64,000 nt of DNA, from NCBI GenBank assembly GCA_003427395.1, contig BFEA01000032.1, positions 2,233,931-2,297,930 of the forward strand, given 5' to 3'. The notes beneath the pieces were generated by a model. That model was not told the origin of the DNA and did not search any database. It saw only the letters and a list, made by a program, of their open reading frames with translations. This document shows positions 63,247 through 64,000 of the stretch, one piece after another (position 1 is the first letter of the stretch; each line of letters begins with the position of its first letter). The translations under genes and the position numbers were made by a program. The DNA comes from Chara braunii. Lineage: Eukaryota; Plantae; Charophyceae.

Positions 63247-64000
63247 TGTCCCACCTTTACAGTCGCTTTCACTATAGTTTAGCAGCATAGCAGGTTTTAA
63301 GAAAAGGTTATGATACGAGAGAAGATGGACGGAGAAGAAATTAGAAGAGAAAGGTAATGAAGGAGAAGGCAGCGAGGTCCGAACAGAGCACGACTGAGTA
63401 CGAAGAAAAGTAACAACAATGGAGGGTAACTAGGATTAAGAATGAATCTATCCATAATTTAGCAAAGGACTCATTCTCATTCTGCAAATTTGGGAGGGGT
63501 AGAATGTCAGCACATGTATAACAAAAGTGCAGCGACGTTGGTTTGGCTCGACGACTGAGATGTCGTCGTCCACCTGAAAGGCTGCAGTCAAGGTCATGAT
63601 TTTGATCCTTCCTAACCGGGCGGGAACTATCCCACGGAAAGGCAGAATTGTAAATGGGGAAAAGAAAGAGGGGCATATGTGCAACAATCGCGACTGACAA
63701 TAGCCTTATTGTGTGAGCAAGAGCTGCTGTTGCGGTTGCTATACGATCTTATTGTTGGTTGTAAACCACGACTATTGTAAGCTCAGTCGCCTTGCTCAAG
63801 CTCTGTTGTGGGGCACCACAAGTCTGCCACTTTTAACATTCAAATTGTTGGACGGTCTTTATTGCTGGTGTCGTACTAAATACCCTTACAGGGGTATTTT
63901 TTGGCGTGCTTTTTGCAAGTCACGCCCGACGCGGCCTCATCCAATGTTGATGACGCAGGTAAGGGGAGGAGTTGAGTCCCCGCCCGGATGAGCGGTGTGC

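Overview
Eukaryotic, repeat-rich genomic DNA with GT-AG introns, long microsatellites and four N-gaps. The gene and TE complement resemble a streptophyte alga such as Chara; this is an inference. The only host gene is the 3' part of a CCR4-NOT subunit NOT2/CNOT2 gene on the + strand: five phase-compatible exons from 1355 to the stop at 28268, including a 34-Q tract. Its 17-kb intron holds two antisense retroposed U6 snRNA copies with TSDs, a 2.45-kb TIR element with an 8-bp TSD, and a full-length degenerate chromovirus-type Ty3/Gypsy (10131-23010). The gag of that Gypsy is split by a Helitron-like insert, which itself carries a Harbinger-like MITE. Downstream lie a LINE RT relic, several MITE families and two diverged head-to-head Gypsy relics that share an unusual ~55-aa insert in RNase H. 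A 7.75-kb insertion (51022-58771) has short CTAC..GTAG termini, a perfect 8-bp TSD and SWIM/Cys-rich/zinc-knuckle relics, and is a Zisupton/KDZ- or atypical MULE-like candidate. A Nextera mate-pair junction adapter at 30456-30493 is an assembly artefact. Most ORFs in the supplied track are spurious low-complexity frames.
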